A DNA stretch of 64,000 nucleotides from Candidatus Multivoradales bacterium (GTDB lineage: Bacteria; Acidobacteriota; Thermoanaerobaculia; Multivoradales; Multivoraceae): the NCBI GenBank assembly GCA_965223325.1, contig CBDCWI010000002.1, positions 96,001-160,000 on the forward strand, read 5' to 3'. The notes under the pieces were generated by a model, which was given only the letters and a program-made list of their open reading frames with translations, had not been told where the DNA came from and made no database searches. The position numbers and the translations under genes were made by a program. Within the stretch, counting starts at the first letter, position 1. Every line of letters begins with the position of its first letter. Shown piece after piece: positions 1-10,138 of this stretch.

Positions 1-221
1 TGGATAGCTTCGAAGAGGTCACCTCACCGGCCATTCTCAACGTCAAACCGCGGCGGCTACAAGTCGTGCGCGCCAGCCGAACGGCACCGCTGGCGCAGCA
101 GCCCGGTCTCGACGGCCAGAACATCGCCGAGCTCGAAGTCATCAATGGGCTCGATCCCGGCGAGTCGATTCAGGCTGGGCAGCGGTTCAAGATCATCCAC
201 GGCACCCTTCCGGGAGAATAG
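1..221 (+). CDS. 3' end of a probable M48-family metalloprotease with LysM-like C-terminal region (partial)
   Basis: Frame starting at nt 3 reads DSFEEVTSPAILNVKPRRLQVVRA...ELEVINGLDPGESIQAGQRFKIIHG and stops at TAG 219-221. This resembles the C-terminus of M48/LysM proteins. The catalytic part lies outside the window. Confidence 0.55.
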   Translation, partial: DSFEEVTSPAILNVKPRRLQVVRASRTAPLAQQPGLDGQNIAELEVINGLDPGESIQAGQRFKIIHGTLPGE

Positions 222-292
222 ACCGCGCCGATCGGACGCGCCGCGAGGGAACTCGCCCCCGACGCGCCGACGTTACTCTCAGGTGACGACAG

Positions 293-1765
293 CTAGCGGC
301 CACGGAGGAGCTGAAACTTGACCAGCTCCTTGTAGGAGATCTGGCTGTCGAGGTCTTCGCGTGCCAGCTTGACGTTCTGGTGCAGAGCCTCGAGCACCAT
401 CTCGGCCAGGAACGCCTGGTCGGTTGCGCTCTCGGTTGGCGCGTGCTCGGCGACCAGGTCGAGGAGACCGGGTACACGGCCGAGCTCCGCTTGGTACTCG
501 GAGAAAGGAGTTTCGTCGGAGAGGGTGACCGCGTTGCCGTCGGCGAACCAGGCAACGATGGCGGCATAGGGACCACTGTCGCCGTCGCCACCGCTACCAA
601 CTTCTTTTCCGATCTCAGGGAACTCACGCTCGAACATGGCGCGCACGGCGCGCCCGATGATCTGCTTGACGACCACCTCGATGCCCTTTTGCTCCCCTTC
701 GTAGACGATCTCGACCTTGCCGGTAATCGCCGGCATGATCATGTGAAAGTCACACAGGCGCGCGGCCGCAGGCGCTTCACCCAGCGTCACCGCCCGTCGC
801 TCGAGGTTCGAAACCAGCACCTCGAGCGCCGAGATGGCGACTCGCGCGCTGACCCCCGAGCTCTGGTCGACCAGGTCGCTCTCGCGCGCCGCCAGGCTGA
901 TTTCTTCGATCAGGAGCTGCGCCCGCTCGCCGACCGCGACCTGGGGTGCCGTTTCACCGCGTTCGGTCCACGCTTCCTGGGCCGTAATGCGGGCGGCGGT
1001 CTCGATGTCGGCGGGGTAGTGGGTCAGGATCTGTGACGCGATGCGATCTTTGAGCGGCGTGATGATGCTGCCACGATTGGTGTAGTCCTCGGGGTTGGCA
1101 GAGAACACCATTTGGATGTCGAGCGGAACCCGGATCGGGAAACCGCGAATCTGGAGATCGCGCTCCTCGAGAATGTTGAGCAGGCCGACCTGGATGCGCG
1201 GAGACAGGTCTGGCACCTCGTTGATCGCGAAGATGCCGCGGTTGGTGCGCGGCACGATGCCCCAGTGGATGACCTCCGGATCGGAAAAGGTGAGGTTCTG
1301 GTTGGCGGCTTTGATCGGGTCCACGTCGCCGAGCAGATCGGCGATTGAAACGTCTGGGGTGGCGAGCTTTTCGTTGTAGCGCTGGTCCCGTGAGATCCAG
1401 CGAATCGGAGCGTCGTCACCGTGCTCCTCGATCAAGCGTCGGCCAGTCACCGAGACCGGAGCGAGCGGATCATCGTTGAGCTCGCAACCCACGAGGGCCG
1501 GAATCTCCGCATCGAGCAGGTCGGTGAGGCCGCGCAGGAGACGGGTCTTGGCCTGGCCGCGCAAGCCGAGGAGAATCAGATCGTGACCGGCGAGAATGGC
1601 GTTGATCAAACCGGGAATGACGGTTCGATCGTAGCCGTGCACACCAGGAAAGAGAGGCGTGCGCTGCTCGAGATGCCGCAGGAGGTTCGCCCGCAGCTCG
1701 TCTTTGACCGTTCGGCTCTTGAAGCCGGCGCCGCGAAGACCGCCGAGAGTTTCTGGTTTCGTCAC
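293..1765 (-). CDS. Mg-chelatase/ChlI-like AAA+ ATPase (Rv0958-like)
   Basis: 490 aa. Walker A GLRGQAKT, YNEKLATPDVSIADLLGDVDPIKAA, RGIFAINEVPDL, SANPEDYTNRGSIITPLKDR. Confidence 0.85.
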   Translation of the reverse strand: MTKPETLGGLRGAGFKSRTVKDELRANLLRHLEQRTPLFPGVHGYDRTVIPGLINAILAGHDLILLGLRGQAKTRLLRGLTDLLDAEIPALVGCELNDDPLAPVSVTGRRLIEEHGDDAPIRWISRDQRYNEKLATPDVSIADLLGDVDPIKAANQNLTFSDPEVIHWGIVPRTNRGIFAINEVPDLSPRIQVGLLNILEERDLQIRGFPIRVPLDIQMVFSANPEDYTNRGSIITPLKDRIASQILTHYPADIETAARITAQEAWTERGETAPQVAVGERAQLLIEEISLAARESDLVDQSSGVSARVAISALEVLVSNLERRAVTLGEAPAAARLCDFHMIMPAITGKVEIVYEGEQKGIEVVVKQIIGRAVRAMFEREFPEIGKEVGSGGDGDSGPYAAIVAWFADGNAVTLSDETPFSEYQAELGRVPGLLDLVAEHAPTESATDQAFLAEMVLEALHQNVKLAREDLDSQISYKELVKFQLLRGR

Positions 1766-1795
1766 ACCTGACCTCGCTCTAGTAACGCTTGGATC

Positions 1796-2731
1796 TCAGT
1801 GACCGTCGAGCCAACGCTCGGCATCGAGAGCCGCCTGACAGCCAGTTCCCGCGGCGGTGATCGCTTGTCGATAGACCGGGTCCATGACGTCACCACAGGC
1901 AAAGACCCCGGCAACGTTGGTGGCCGTCGTCGGCGACTTGACCTTGATGTAGCCAACATCGTCGACGGTCAGGCGCTCCTTGAAGAGCTCGGTGTTGGGG
2001 CGGTGCCCGATCGCCAGAAAGAGCCCCTCGGTGGGGAACTCTTCTTCCTCGCCCGTCACGGTGTCGCGGAGCCGGACGGCCCGGACACCGTTCTCCTGGC
2101 TGCCGAGCACCTCGATGACCTCGGCGTTCCATCTCCAGGCGATCTTCTCGTTGGCTTGGGCACGATCCTGCATGATCTGTGAGGCGCGCAGCGCGTCGCG
2201 CCGGTGGACCACGGTGACCGTCGAGGCGAAGCGGGTCAGAAAGGTCGCCTCCTCCATCGCTGAGTCGCCACCACCGACGACGACGATCTCTTTGTCACGA
2301 AAGAAGAAGCCATCGCACGTGGCACAGGCTGAGACTCCAAAGCCCATCAACTTCTCTTCCGACGGGAGCCCGAGGAGACGGGCCGTGGCACCGGTGGCGA
2401 TGATCAAACTGTCGGCGGTGTATTGGCCCTGATCGCTCGTCACCTGGAAAGGCTGGACGTCGAGGTCGACCGCGGTGACCGTCTCGTGCCTGGCAACCGC
2501 GCCGAAACGAACCGCCTGCTCACGCATCTTCTCGATCAACTCGGGTCCCATGATGCCGGCGGGGAAGCCGGGGAAGTTCTCGACGTCGGTGGTGATGGTC
2601 AGCTGACCGCCGGGCTGCATGCCTTCGAGAATGAGAGGCTCGAGATCGGCGCGGGCGCTGTAGAGCGCCGCGGTCAGGCCGGCAGGGCCAGAGCCGATGA
2701 TGAGCACGGAGTGGTGGCTGGTGTCAGTCAT
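1796..2731 (-). CDS. trxB: thioredoxin-disulfide reductase
   Basis: GSGPAG, GGQL, redox [27 protein letters not shown]. Confidence 0.97.
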   Translation of the reverse strand: MTDTSHHSVLIIGSGPAGLTAALYSARADLEPLILEGMQPGGQLTITTDVENFPGFPAGIMGPELIEKMREQAVRFGAVARHETVTAVDLDVQPFQVTSDQGQYTADSLIIATGATARLLGLPSEEKLMGFGVSACATCDGFFFRDKEIVVVGGGDSAMEEATFLTRFASTVTVVHRRDALRASQIMQDRAQANEKIAWRWNAEVIEVLGSQENGVRAVRLRDTVTGEEEEFPTEGLFLAIGHRPNTELFKERLTVDDVGYIKVKSPTTATNVAGVFACGDVMDPVYRQAITAAGTGCQAALDAERWLDGH

Positions 2732-2893
2732 GACGGAACCTCAGGACACTGGGTTGAGAGAGCAGGTTGAGAGAGCACCCCGCGACGGGTCTTGCGCGGC
2801 GGAGAGTCCCAGGGCTGGTCGGTTCCGAGCGCGCGGTTGTGGCCGGCGATGAGGAGGCGGCCGGCAGTATAGCTTCGCCGGTGCGGGCGGGCC

Positions 2894-3895
2894 TCAGGCG
2901 TCGCTCTCGACCGTTGGTGCGACCTCAGCGAGAACCCCGAGGGTGTTGGATGCCGCCGCAATCAGGTTGTCCATCCCCGCCCAGAGGGCGAAGTGAGAGA
3001 CGCCCGGTCCCCTGTCGAGGACCCGCGGTGCCTCGACGTGGACGTGCTCGCTGCCGGCTATCGTCATCGCGTCGAGACCTTCGCCAGGTTGCGCGAGCTC
3101 GATGGCGGGAGACGACGCGAGCAGCTCGGTCGCGCGCCGGGCGCCGTCGGGGTCACGGCAGGTGACGTGGATCGAGGCACAGAGCGAGTGAAACACACCG
3201 GCGTTCAGGTGTTGGATGGACAGCGAAAGCTGAGGGTTGCCGGCGAAACTCCGCATCGCGTCCGCCAGCTCGTCCCCTCTCCCTGGAGACAGTTCGCTCT
3301 GGCTCAGGTTGAACGCCGTTCGATGGCCGAAGCGTGGCTTCTCGACAGTCTCGAAGGAAAGCATCGCGCGCGTCTCGTCAAAGAGCGCGTCGATACCGTC
3401 CTGGCCGTGCCGTGACACCGGGAGCAGAAGCGCTCCGCTGACCGTCAGAAGCTCGAGCTCGGCGAGGGCGACGACCAGGCGCGCCAGCAAGATCGCTGGA
3501 GCGTCACCGGTCGAGTAACTGGAGCGCGCCGCTGGTGGTCGCGGTGAGCCCTCTGTCGCGGCTGGTTGTCCGGCGATCCACAGCTGCGCGTCGTTTGGTG
3601 GATCTTCTGAGTCGCCGAAGAGCACCGGTACCTCGGTAGCGAGGCGGGCGCGGAACGCGGAGACGATGGCTTCGGGAAGGCTGCCGTCGCAAACCACCAC
3701 CGCACTCGTGTCATCGAGCTCGGCCTGGGTCGCGTCGGCCACCATGGCCGGCGCCCCTCGGACATCGATCAGGGCGCCAACCCCGTCGCTGTCGAGGGTC
3801 ATCGGCACGGCCTTGGGAAATCGCTGGTCGTCGTAGCGGCTCGAAATCTCGCGCCCGAGAAGCGAGCGTGGCTCGAGCAGGACGACACTCTTCAC
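2894..3895 (-). CDS. Asd/ArgC (Usg-like) dimerisation-domain protein, probably catalytically degenerate
   Basis: GTG start at 3895 overlaps the pssA stop (GTGA). Asd-like segments VSRHGQDGIDAL, TAFNL, GVFHSL and LWAGMDNL..AASN. The longer ORF-track start (4324) overlaps pssA and was rejected. Confidence 0.7.
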   Translation of the reverse strand: MKSVVLLEPRSLLGREISSRYDDQRFPKAVPMTLDSDGVGALIDVRGAPAMVADATQAELDDTSAVVVCDGSLPEAIVSAFRARLATEVPVLFGDSEDPPNDAQLWIAGQPAATEGSPRPPAARSSYSTGDAPAILLARLVVALAELELLTVSGALLLPVSRHGQDGIDALFDETRAMLSFETVEKPRFGHRTAFNLSQSELSPGRGDELADAMRSFAGNPQLSLSIQHLNAGVFHSLCASIHVTCRDPDGARRATELLASSPAIELAQPGEGLDAMTIAGSEHVHVEAPRVLDRGPGVSHFALWAGMDNLIAAASNTLGVLAEVAPTVESDA

Positions 3896-4674
3896 GGGGT
3901 CTCCTCTGAGGCCGGTGAAGGGACTCGCTTGCGGCCCCGCAGGAGGGTGTTCGAGCGCAACCAGACCAGCGGTCCCGAGGCGACGTAGACGGTGATGGCG
4001 ATGAGGAAGAAGAGTGCCGGGTTGAAGGCAGCCAGGAGCAACACGACGAGCATTGGCAGGATTGTGCGGTAGGACCAGCGCCGCCGCCCCCCGAGCTCCT
4101 TGAAGCTGTAGTAGCGAAAGGTCGAGAGCATGAGCGCTCCGAGCACCACCAGGGTGGCGAGAACGAAGGCCTGCGAGGTCCGCAGGAGATCGAGATCGCG
4201 TGGGGCGAAGAACAGCACCGTTGCGACGCCACCTGCTGCCGCCGGTGACGGCAGACCCACGAACCACCGTCGATCGGCCTGGGAGACCTGGACGTTGAAG
4301 CGCGCCAGCCGGGTGGCGGCGCAAACCACGTAGAAGAATGGGATCAACCAGCCGATGCGGCCGAGTTCTTCGAGGCCCCAGAAGTAGGCCATCAGCGCCG
4401 GCACGACGCCGAAGGAGAACTGGTCGGCCAGCGAGTCGTACTGCTTACCGAACTCTCCCTCGATCTTCATCGAGCGCGCCACCCGCCCGTCCAGGCTGTC
4501 GAGAATCGCGGCACCGAAAAGAAAGAAGGCGGCGCGCTCGAACTCGTTGCGCGTCGCCAGAACAAGCGCGAAGAAGGCCAGGAACATGTTGCCGATGGTC
4601 AACAGACTCGGCAGCAGGTAGGCACCACGGCGCAGGGCGCGGCCCCTACTCTCGTCCTTTGGGCGGGTACTCAC
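3892..4674 (-). CDS. pssA: CDP-diacylglycerol--serine O-phosphatidyltransferase
   Basis: LPSLLTIGN, CDP-alcohol motif DSLDGRVAR..GKQYDSLAD, RLARFN, FVGLPSP. Adjacent to psd. Confidence 0.93.
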   Translation of the reverse strand: MSTRPKDESRGRALRRGAYLLPSLLTIGNMFLAFFALVLATRNEFERAAFFLFGAAILDSLDGRVARSMKIEGEFGKQYDSLADQFSFGVVPALMAYFWGLEELGRIGWLIPFFYVVCAATRLARFNVQVSQADRRWFVGLPSPAAAGGVATVLFFAPRDLDLLRTSQAFVLATLVVLGALMLSTFRYYSFKELGGRRRWSYRTILPMLVVLLLAAFNPALFFLIAITVYVASGPLVWLRSNTLLRGRKRVPSPASEETP

Positions 4675-5354
4675 GACGGGCCACCGGTCGCGTTGGCGTC
4701 GAGGGGCGGTGGGGCGGTCGACGGATCGGTGGGCATGGCCAGCGGAGTCTCGCCAGCTCTCATCCGCTCTCCGACACGCACGAGCACTTCATACGATTCC
4801 GGCAAGATGACGTCGACGCGCGAGCCGAACTTGATCACTCCGAGATGCTCGCCGCGCCGGACCTGATCATCGATCCCGAGGTAGGGCACCACCCGTCTGG
4901 CGACCAGGCCGGCGATCTGGCGAATCCCGACGCGGTCGCCCTCGGTGCGCTCGAGCACCGTGAGTTGGTTCTCGTTGACGGCTCCGGCATCCTCGCGGTA
5001 CGCGGCGACTTTGCGACCACGGGTGAGCAAGCTGTTGACGACTCGGCCCTCGACCGGGGCTCGCTGCACGTGCACATCGAACACCGACAGGAACGTCACG
5101 ACGCGGCGCAAGGTCCCCGAACCGACGTCCGGGTCGTCGACCTCGTCGATCACCGTCACGACTCCATCGGCGGCCGCAGTGACCAGTTCGGGTGGGCCGT
5201 CGTGATCGCGGCGAGGATCCCGGAAGAACCAGGCAATCGCCAGGGCGAGGAGAACGAGAACGGTGGCGAGAATGGGGAGGCCGAGTACCAGCGCCACGAC
5301 TGCCAGAGCAGTCATCGGTAGGACGAAGGGCCAGGCCTCCTTGACGATGCTCAC
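4671..5354 (-). CDS. psd: phosphatidylserine decarboxylase proenzyme
   Basis: FFRDP.R, FLSVFDVHVQR, QIAG..ARR, cleavage motif KFGSRVD. GTG start at 5354 with GAGGA upstream. Confidence 0.92.
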   Translation of the reverse strand: MSIVKEAWPFVLPMTALAVVALVLGLPILATVLVLLALAIAWFFRDPRRDHDGPPELVTAAADGVVTVIDEVDDPDVGSGTLRRVVTFLSVFDVHVQRAPVEGRVVNSLLTRGRKVAAYREDAGAVNENQLTVLERTEGDRVGIRQIAGLVARRVVPYLGIDDQVRRGEHLGVIKFGSRVDVILPESYEVLVRVGERMRAGETPLAMPTDPSTAPPPLDANATGGPS

Positions 5355-5543
5355 AGGGTGTTCCTCATGGCCGCGGGGGCGTCCCACGCGGTTTGGTGCG
5401 GAAGGGCAGGAGAGAGGCGGCGCCCCGACGAGGCGCTGCCCATCGACTCTAACGAACGCTTCGGTTCGTGCGCTGGCCAGGCGAAGCAAGGGTGTGCCCG
5501 GCCGACCCTGAGAGCATGGTTCTCGGCAGTCCGAGGATGCCCG

Positions 5544-5762
5544 CTACGAACTGGCGTGGGCGCGGATCAGCTCTTCCATACGGTCTTTGAGATGCAGCTT
5601 GTGGACTTTGATCTGCTTGGCAGCGATTTCTTCTTCGCCAGAAAGCAACGTTTTCTCGAGCAGCGACTGCAGACGGAGCTCACAGTCTCGGTGCTCTTCG
5701 AAGAGGGCACGGAAGGTCTTGTCAGTTTCCAACAGTTTGTGCCGTGCCGTGTCGTGATCCAT
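5544..5762 (-). CDS. YdcH/DUF465 family small coiled-coil protein
   Basis: 72 aa, FRALFEEHRDCE...IKVHKLHLKDRM pattern. Confidence 0.8.
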   Translation of the reverse strand: MDHDTARHKLLETDKTFRALFEEHRDCELRLQSLLEKTLLSGEEEIAAKQIKVHKLHLKDRMEELIRAHASS

Positions 5763-6198
5763 GTTCGAGGGTTCCTTCGAGGAGTGGGTGTTGGGTTGGA
5801 ACCCTCAAGATCGAGCGGCGTGGCTGCAGATCAGCCGCGGCGCCCCTCCCGCTTGCCGTTGGCGCGCGTGAGGAGCTCACACTGCTTGCTGTGCAGTAGG
5901 AGCCGACCAGATCGGTTCCGCTTTGGTGGATGAAGACGACGCTTGCGTGGCGTTCGGCCGGCGGGTCGGCCGCCCTCCGAAGGCACGTGATGTCGCTGCG
6001 GGTTCACCCGGATCGTGTGCCCGGACCCTGGTCTCGAGAGCCTGGGGAGGCGTGTTTCGGTGTGCGCGCAGCGCGTCATCGTCATCCCAAGAGGGTAGCA
6101 AAGGCGCCCTTCTCTCGGCAACCGAAGAGCCTCCAGAGGGCGCCGTCGCAAGACGGCCCACGGCCCAACCGCAGAGGGGCTTTGGAGCCGTCGGGTAT

Positions 6199-6681
6199 TC
6201 AGGGTTTTGCGAGGCGCAGGACCAGCGCGTCGGTGCCGTCGGCGTAGTAGTGGGGGCGGATCCCAACCTCTTCGAAACCGAAGCTCCGGTAGAGGTTCCG
6301 TGCGGCAAGATTGTTCGATCGGACCTCGAGTAGCACCTGGGCCGCACCCCGCCCGAAGGCGTCCGCGAGCGCCGCCTCGACCAGGGCATGCCCCAAGCCC
6401 TGGCGACGCCTACTGGGGTCGACGGCCACCCGCAGGAGCTCGGTCTGGTCTCCGACCGTGCGCGTCGCGCAGTAGGCGTGGAGCTCATGCGGGTTGGTGC
6501 CACTGTGCGCGACGAGCAGAAGCGCCCCTTCGTCCTGGTGCAGAAACAGAAGCGACTCATGAGACCAGCTCTCGCTGAAGCACAGAGCCTCGAGGGCCGC
6601 CAGCTGCGGGAGGTCGGTTGAACGGGCACGCTCGATGAGGTCCGGGCCGCAGGCGGAGGAACGGTTGCGCGCCGCTCCCAT
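6199..6681 (-). CDS. rimI: ribosomal-protein-alanine N-acetyltransferase (GNAT)
   Basis: VAVDPSRRRQGLG, LEVRSNNLAARNLYRSFGF, RPHYY. Coupled to tsaB. Confidence 0.9.
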   Translation of the reverse strand: MGAARNRSSACGPDLIERARSTDLPQLAALEALCFSESWSHESLLFLHQDEGALLLVAHSGTNPHELHAYCATRTVGDQTELLRVAVDPSRRRQGLGHALVEAALADAFGRGAAQVLLEVRSNNLAARNLYRSFGFEEVGIRPHYYADGTDALVLRLAKP

Positions 6682-7376
6682 CAGGCACCCGATGGTGCGT
6701 CCGCTTCGGCTTTCTGGCCCACCGAGGGCTCAACCAGGTAGAGCGGGTGCACAAGACTTCGAGGGTTCCACTCGAGGGCCGGTCTCGGAGGCGCACCGCT
6801 GGCCCAGGCGAGGGCGGTGGCGGCCAACCCGGGGGTAAAGAGCGTCCGCTGCGATTCCGGCGTCCTTTCGACCAGGGCGTCGGGCCCGTGGCAGCTGATC
6901 AATTCGGCTGTTCGAGACAGAAGCTCCTCCTCGGTGAGCGCCTCGGGTTCGGCGAGCGCTCGGAGTCTGTCTCCCTGGCGCTGGAAGCGCTGGCCGACCC
7001 ACAGATCGCGCCGAATCCTGACCACCGACAGGAAATCGTTCTCGCCGGCGACTCGCGAGGTGGCCGCGCGCGCCAGAAGCTCGAGTGCGCTTTCTGCCGT
7101 CGCCGGGACCGCGAGCGCACGCGCGAGACCGAGGGTCGTCGCGAGACCAATGCGAATGCCGGTGAAACTGCCGGGCCCCGAAACGGTGACGATGCCGGCC
7201 AGCTGGCGTGCTTCGAGCTGGCGCGCCCGGAGGAGCTTCTCGATCTCGGTGAGTAAGAGCTCTGAGGTGCGGCGCTGGGGAACCTCCGACACCAGGGTGT
7301 CGTGGACGCCAGTGCCGATCGCGACGGTGACGGTCGGAGAAGCCGTGTCGATGCAGAGATAGTAGGGAGGCACCAT
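6681..7376 (-). CDS. tsaB: tRNA t6A biosynthesis protein TsaB
   Basis: LCIDTA, GPGSFTGIRIG, P.Y near the C-terminus. Confidence 0.9.
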   Translation of the reverse strand: MVPPYYLCIDTASPTVTVAIGTGVHDTLVSEVPQRRTSELLLTEIEKLLRARQLEARQLAGIVTVSGPGSFTGIRIGLATTLGLARALAVPATAESALELLARAATSRVAGENDFLSVVRIRRDLWVGQRFQRQGDRLRALAEPEALTEEELLSRTAELISCHGPDALVERTPESQRTLFTPGLAATALAWASGAPPRPALEWNPRSLVHPLYLVEPSVGQKAEADAPSGA

Positions 7377-7447
7377 GGCTAGGGCATGCTAACGCCCCCC
7401 AACCGCTGGCGGTGGGAGAGCCCTGAGGACACGCCGCAGGCGCTCTC

Positions 7448-7453
7448 TATACT
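7448..7453 (+). promoter_or_regulatory. -10 box (TATACT) 6 nt before the mutS ATG, suggesting a leaderless promoter
   Basis: TATACT-ggtctc-ATG with no SD-like sequence in between. Confidence 0.6.
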
Positions 7454-7459
7454 GGTCTC

Positions 7460-10138
7460 ATGCCTGAGACCTCGCCATCCGAGCCGCCGGCGGACGAGCC
7501 AGCCGCGCCGGCTCCCGAAGTCGCGCGCCTGACGCCGATGCTGCGCCACTACATGGAAGTCAAAGAGGCGCACCCCGATACGATCCTGCTCTATCGGATG
7601 GGCGACTTCTTCGAGTTGTTCTTCGACGACGCGGTGCGCGCTGCGCCGCTTCTCGAAGTCTCGCTGACTGCCCGGCAGAAGGGAACACCATCGGAGGCAC
7701 CGATGTGTGGCGTACCGCATCATGCGATCGAGGGCTACATCGGAAAGCTGCTCGCCGCCGGTTTGCGCGTGGCGATCTGTGACCAGGTGGAAGATCCGAG
7801 GGAGGCCAAGGGGCTGGTCAGACGCGAAGTGACGCGCATCGTTTCACCGGGGACGATCAGCGAGCCCGATCTGCTCGAGGGTGGGCGCTCGAACCGCCTC
7901 GCGGCGATCGTCAGGCCGAGCCCGGCGGTGCCGGGTGCGGGGGCCTTCCTCGAGGTCTCGACCGGTGACTTTTTTCTCAGACCGTGGCAGAACGACCCCG
8001 CCATGCTGCAGGATCTCGAACTCTGGGCGCCCAGCGAACTTCTGATCGCTGCCGGCGAAGACGCGGCGGCGATGCGCTTCTGGGCGGAGCAGAACGGGGC
8101 CTGCGTCACCCGCCTCGAGGCCAACGAGGTTCCGACGGCCACCGAAGCGACCCGGCGTCTCGAACGACACCTGGGCGTCGAGTCCCTGCGTGGCTTCGGG
8201 CTCGAGGAGGGCGATCAGGGTGCAACGGCGCTTGCGATCGCGGCCGCCGTGGCGATCGACTATGCCGCGTCGGCGACGCGCTCCGAGCTCGCCCATGTCC
8301 GCGGCCTGCGTGTCGACCGTCGCTCCGACTTCGTCACCCTCGACGAGGCGACCGTTCGCAACCTCGAGCTGTTTCGCAATCAGCGTGACGGCGGCCGCCG
8401 CGACACCCTGCTCGCCAGCGTCGACCGCACCGGCTCGTCTGCGGGAGCGCGCCTGCTTCGTGACTGGCTGGCTCAACCTCTGCGCCAACGCCAGGACCTT
8501 CTGGCACGCCAGGACGCGGTCGCCGAGCTGACCGAGGAACATGCGGTCCGCGAGCGCCTGCGCCGTAACCTGGCCGGCATCGCCGACTTCGAGCGCCTGG
8601 CGGGCCGCGCCGTCCTGGGGTCGATTCGTCCGCGAGAAGGCGCGGCGCTCCGCGACGGCCTGGCCAGTCTTCCCGCGCTCGCCGGCGAGCTGGCCGGTTG
8701 TCAAGCGGATCAGCTGCGGGCGCTCAGTCGCACGGATCCGGTGGCAGACCTGTGCGAAAGGCTGCAGGTAGGCCTTGTCGAGACACCCTCTCTGAAAGTC
8801 GGCGACGGTGGTGTGATTGCCGAAGGGCTCGACGCCGAACTCGATCGCCATCGCTCGCTGGCGCGTGACGGCAAGCGTCATCTCGCTGAGCTCGAGGCGC
8901 GGCTCCGCCTGGAGACGGGCATCTCGAACCTCAAGGTGCGCTACAACAAAGTCTTCGGCTACTTCCTCGAGGTCACCCGATCGCATCAGGACAAGGTGCC
9001 AGAGGCTTGGACGCGCAAGCAGACGCTGGCCAACGCCGAGCGCTACATCAACGACGAGCTCAAGGAGCTCGAAGACAGCATCCTGGGTGCCGAGGATCAG
9101 CAGGCCACCCGTGAGAAGGACCTGTGGGAGATGTTGGTCGGCGAGATCGCGGCGCAGGCGATGCGGCTGCGCGATGTGGGGTACGCCGTTGCCATGGTCG
9201 ACGTGTTGGCCGGTCTCGCCGAGGTCGCAGCGCAGAAGTCCTGGTGCAGGCCAACGATTGCGGCGCCACGTGCGGCCCTGGCGGTCGAAGACGGTCGGCA
9301 CCCGGTCGTCGAGGCGGCAGTGGGCGGTGAGTACGTGCCCAACGACATTCACCTCGATCCCGAGAAGGAGCAGATCGTGCTCCTCACCGGGCCCAACATG
9401 GGGGGCAAGAGCACCTATCTCCGCCAGGCGGCGGTGATCACTCTACTGGCCCACACCGGTTCTTTCGTGCCGGCGCGCGTGGCCTCGGTGCCGATCGTCG
9501 ACCGCATCTTCACGCGGGTCGGCGCCAGTGACGACCTGGCGCGGGGCGAGTCGACGTTCATGGTGGAAATGATCGAGACCGCCAACATTCTGCGCCACGC
9601 GACCGCCGACAGCCTGGTGATTCTCGACGAAGTGGGTCGCGGGACGGCGACGTTTGACGGCCTGTCGCTAGCGTGGGCGATCGTCGAACACCTTCACGAA
9701 CACTCGGGTGCGTTGACTCTCTTTGCGACCCACTACCACGAGCTGACCGAGCTGCAGGCGCTTCTCGAACGGGTGACCAATCGCACAATGGCGGTGCGTG
9801 AATGGGAGGAGCGCATCGTTCTACTTCATCGGGTGGTCAATGGCTCAGCGGACAAGTCCTATGGGCTGCAGGTCGCGCGTCTGGCCGGGGTGCCCGAGAC
9901 GGTGGTTGCGCGCGCCGGCGAGATTCTCGCCAATCTCGAGGCGCACGAGTACGACCCCGGCGGTCGGCCGCGCCTGGCACGCGGCCCGGGGGCGCCCACC
10001 GACGACCGTCCGGGACAACTCGGTCTGTTCACCCCCGACGACGAAGTGGTCCTCGAGTTGTTGCGCGACCTGGACCTCGATCGCTTGACTCCACTCGCGG
10101 CACTCAACTTGCTGGCGAGTCTCAAAGAGCGCCTGTAG
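7460..10138 (+). CDS. mutS: DNA mismatch repair protein MutS
   Basis: TPMLRHY, RMGDFFELF, TGPNMGGKSTY, GESTFMVEM, DEVGRGT, THYHEL, SYG..VARLAG. Confidence 0.98.
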   Translation: MPETSPSEPPADEPAAPAPEVARLTPMLRHYMEVKEAHPDTILLYRMGDFFELFFDDAVRAAPLLEVSLTARQKGTPSEAPMCGVPHHAIEGYIGKLLAAGLRVAICDQVEDPREAKGLVRREVTRIVSPGTISEPDLLEGGRSNRLAAIVRPSPAVPGAGAFLEVSTGDFFLRPWQNDPAMLQDLELWAPSELLIAAGEDAAAMRFWAEQNGACVTRLEANEVPTATEATRRLERHLGVESLRGFGLEEGDQGATALAIAAAVAIDYAASATRSELAHVRGLRVDRRSDFVTLDEATVRNLELFRNQRDGGRRDTLLASVDRTGSSAGARLLRDWLAQPLRQRQDLLARQDAVAELTEEHAVRERLRRNLAGIADFERLAGRAVLGSIRPREGAALRDGLASLPALAGELAGCQADQLRALSRTDPVADLCERLQVGLVETPSLKVGDGGVIAEGLDAELDRHRSLARDGKRHLAELEARLRLETGISNLKVRYNKVFGYFLEVTRSHQDKVPEAWTRKQTLANAERYINDELKELEDSILGAEDQQATREKDLWEMLVGEIAAQAMRLRDVGYAVAMVDVLAGLAEVAAQKSWCRPTIAAPRAALAVEDGRHPVVEAAVGGEYVPNDIHLDPEKEQIVLLTGPNMGGKSTYLRQAAVITLLAHTGSFVPARVASVPIVDRIFTRVGASDDLARGESTFMVEMIETANILRHATADSLVILDEVGRGTATFDGLSLAWAIVEHLHEHSGALTLFATHYHELTELQALLERVTNRTMAVREWEERIVLLHRVVNGSADKSYGLQVARLAGVPETVVARAGEILANLEAHEYDPGGRPRLARGPGAPTDDRPGQLGLFTPDDEVVLELLRDLDLDRLTPLAALNLLASLKERL

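Noticed and set aside
7844-9352. Long antisense or alternate-frame ORFs (e.g. 502 aa opposite mutS; also 26798-28069, 61708-63114, 17800-18945)
   Set aside because: These are shadow ORFs expected in GC-rich DNA. They overlap well-supported genes and carry no recognisable motifs.
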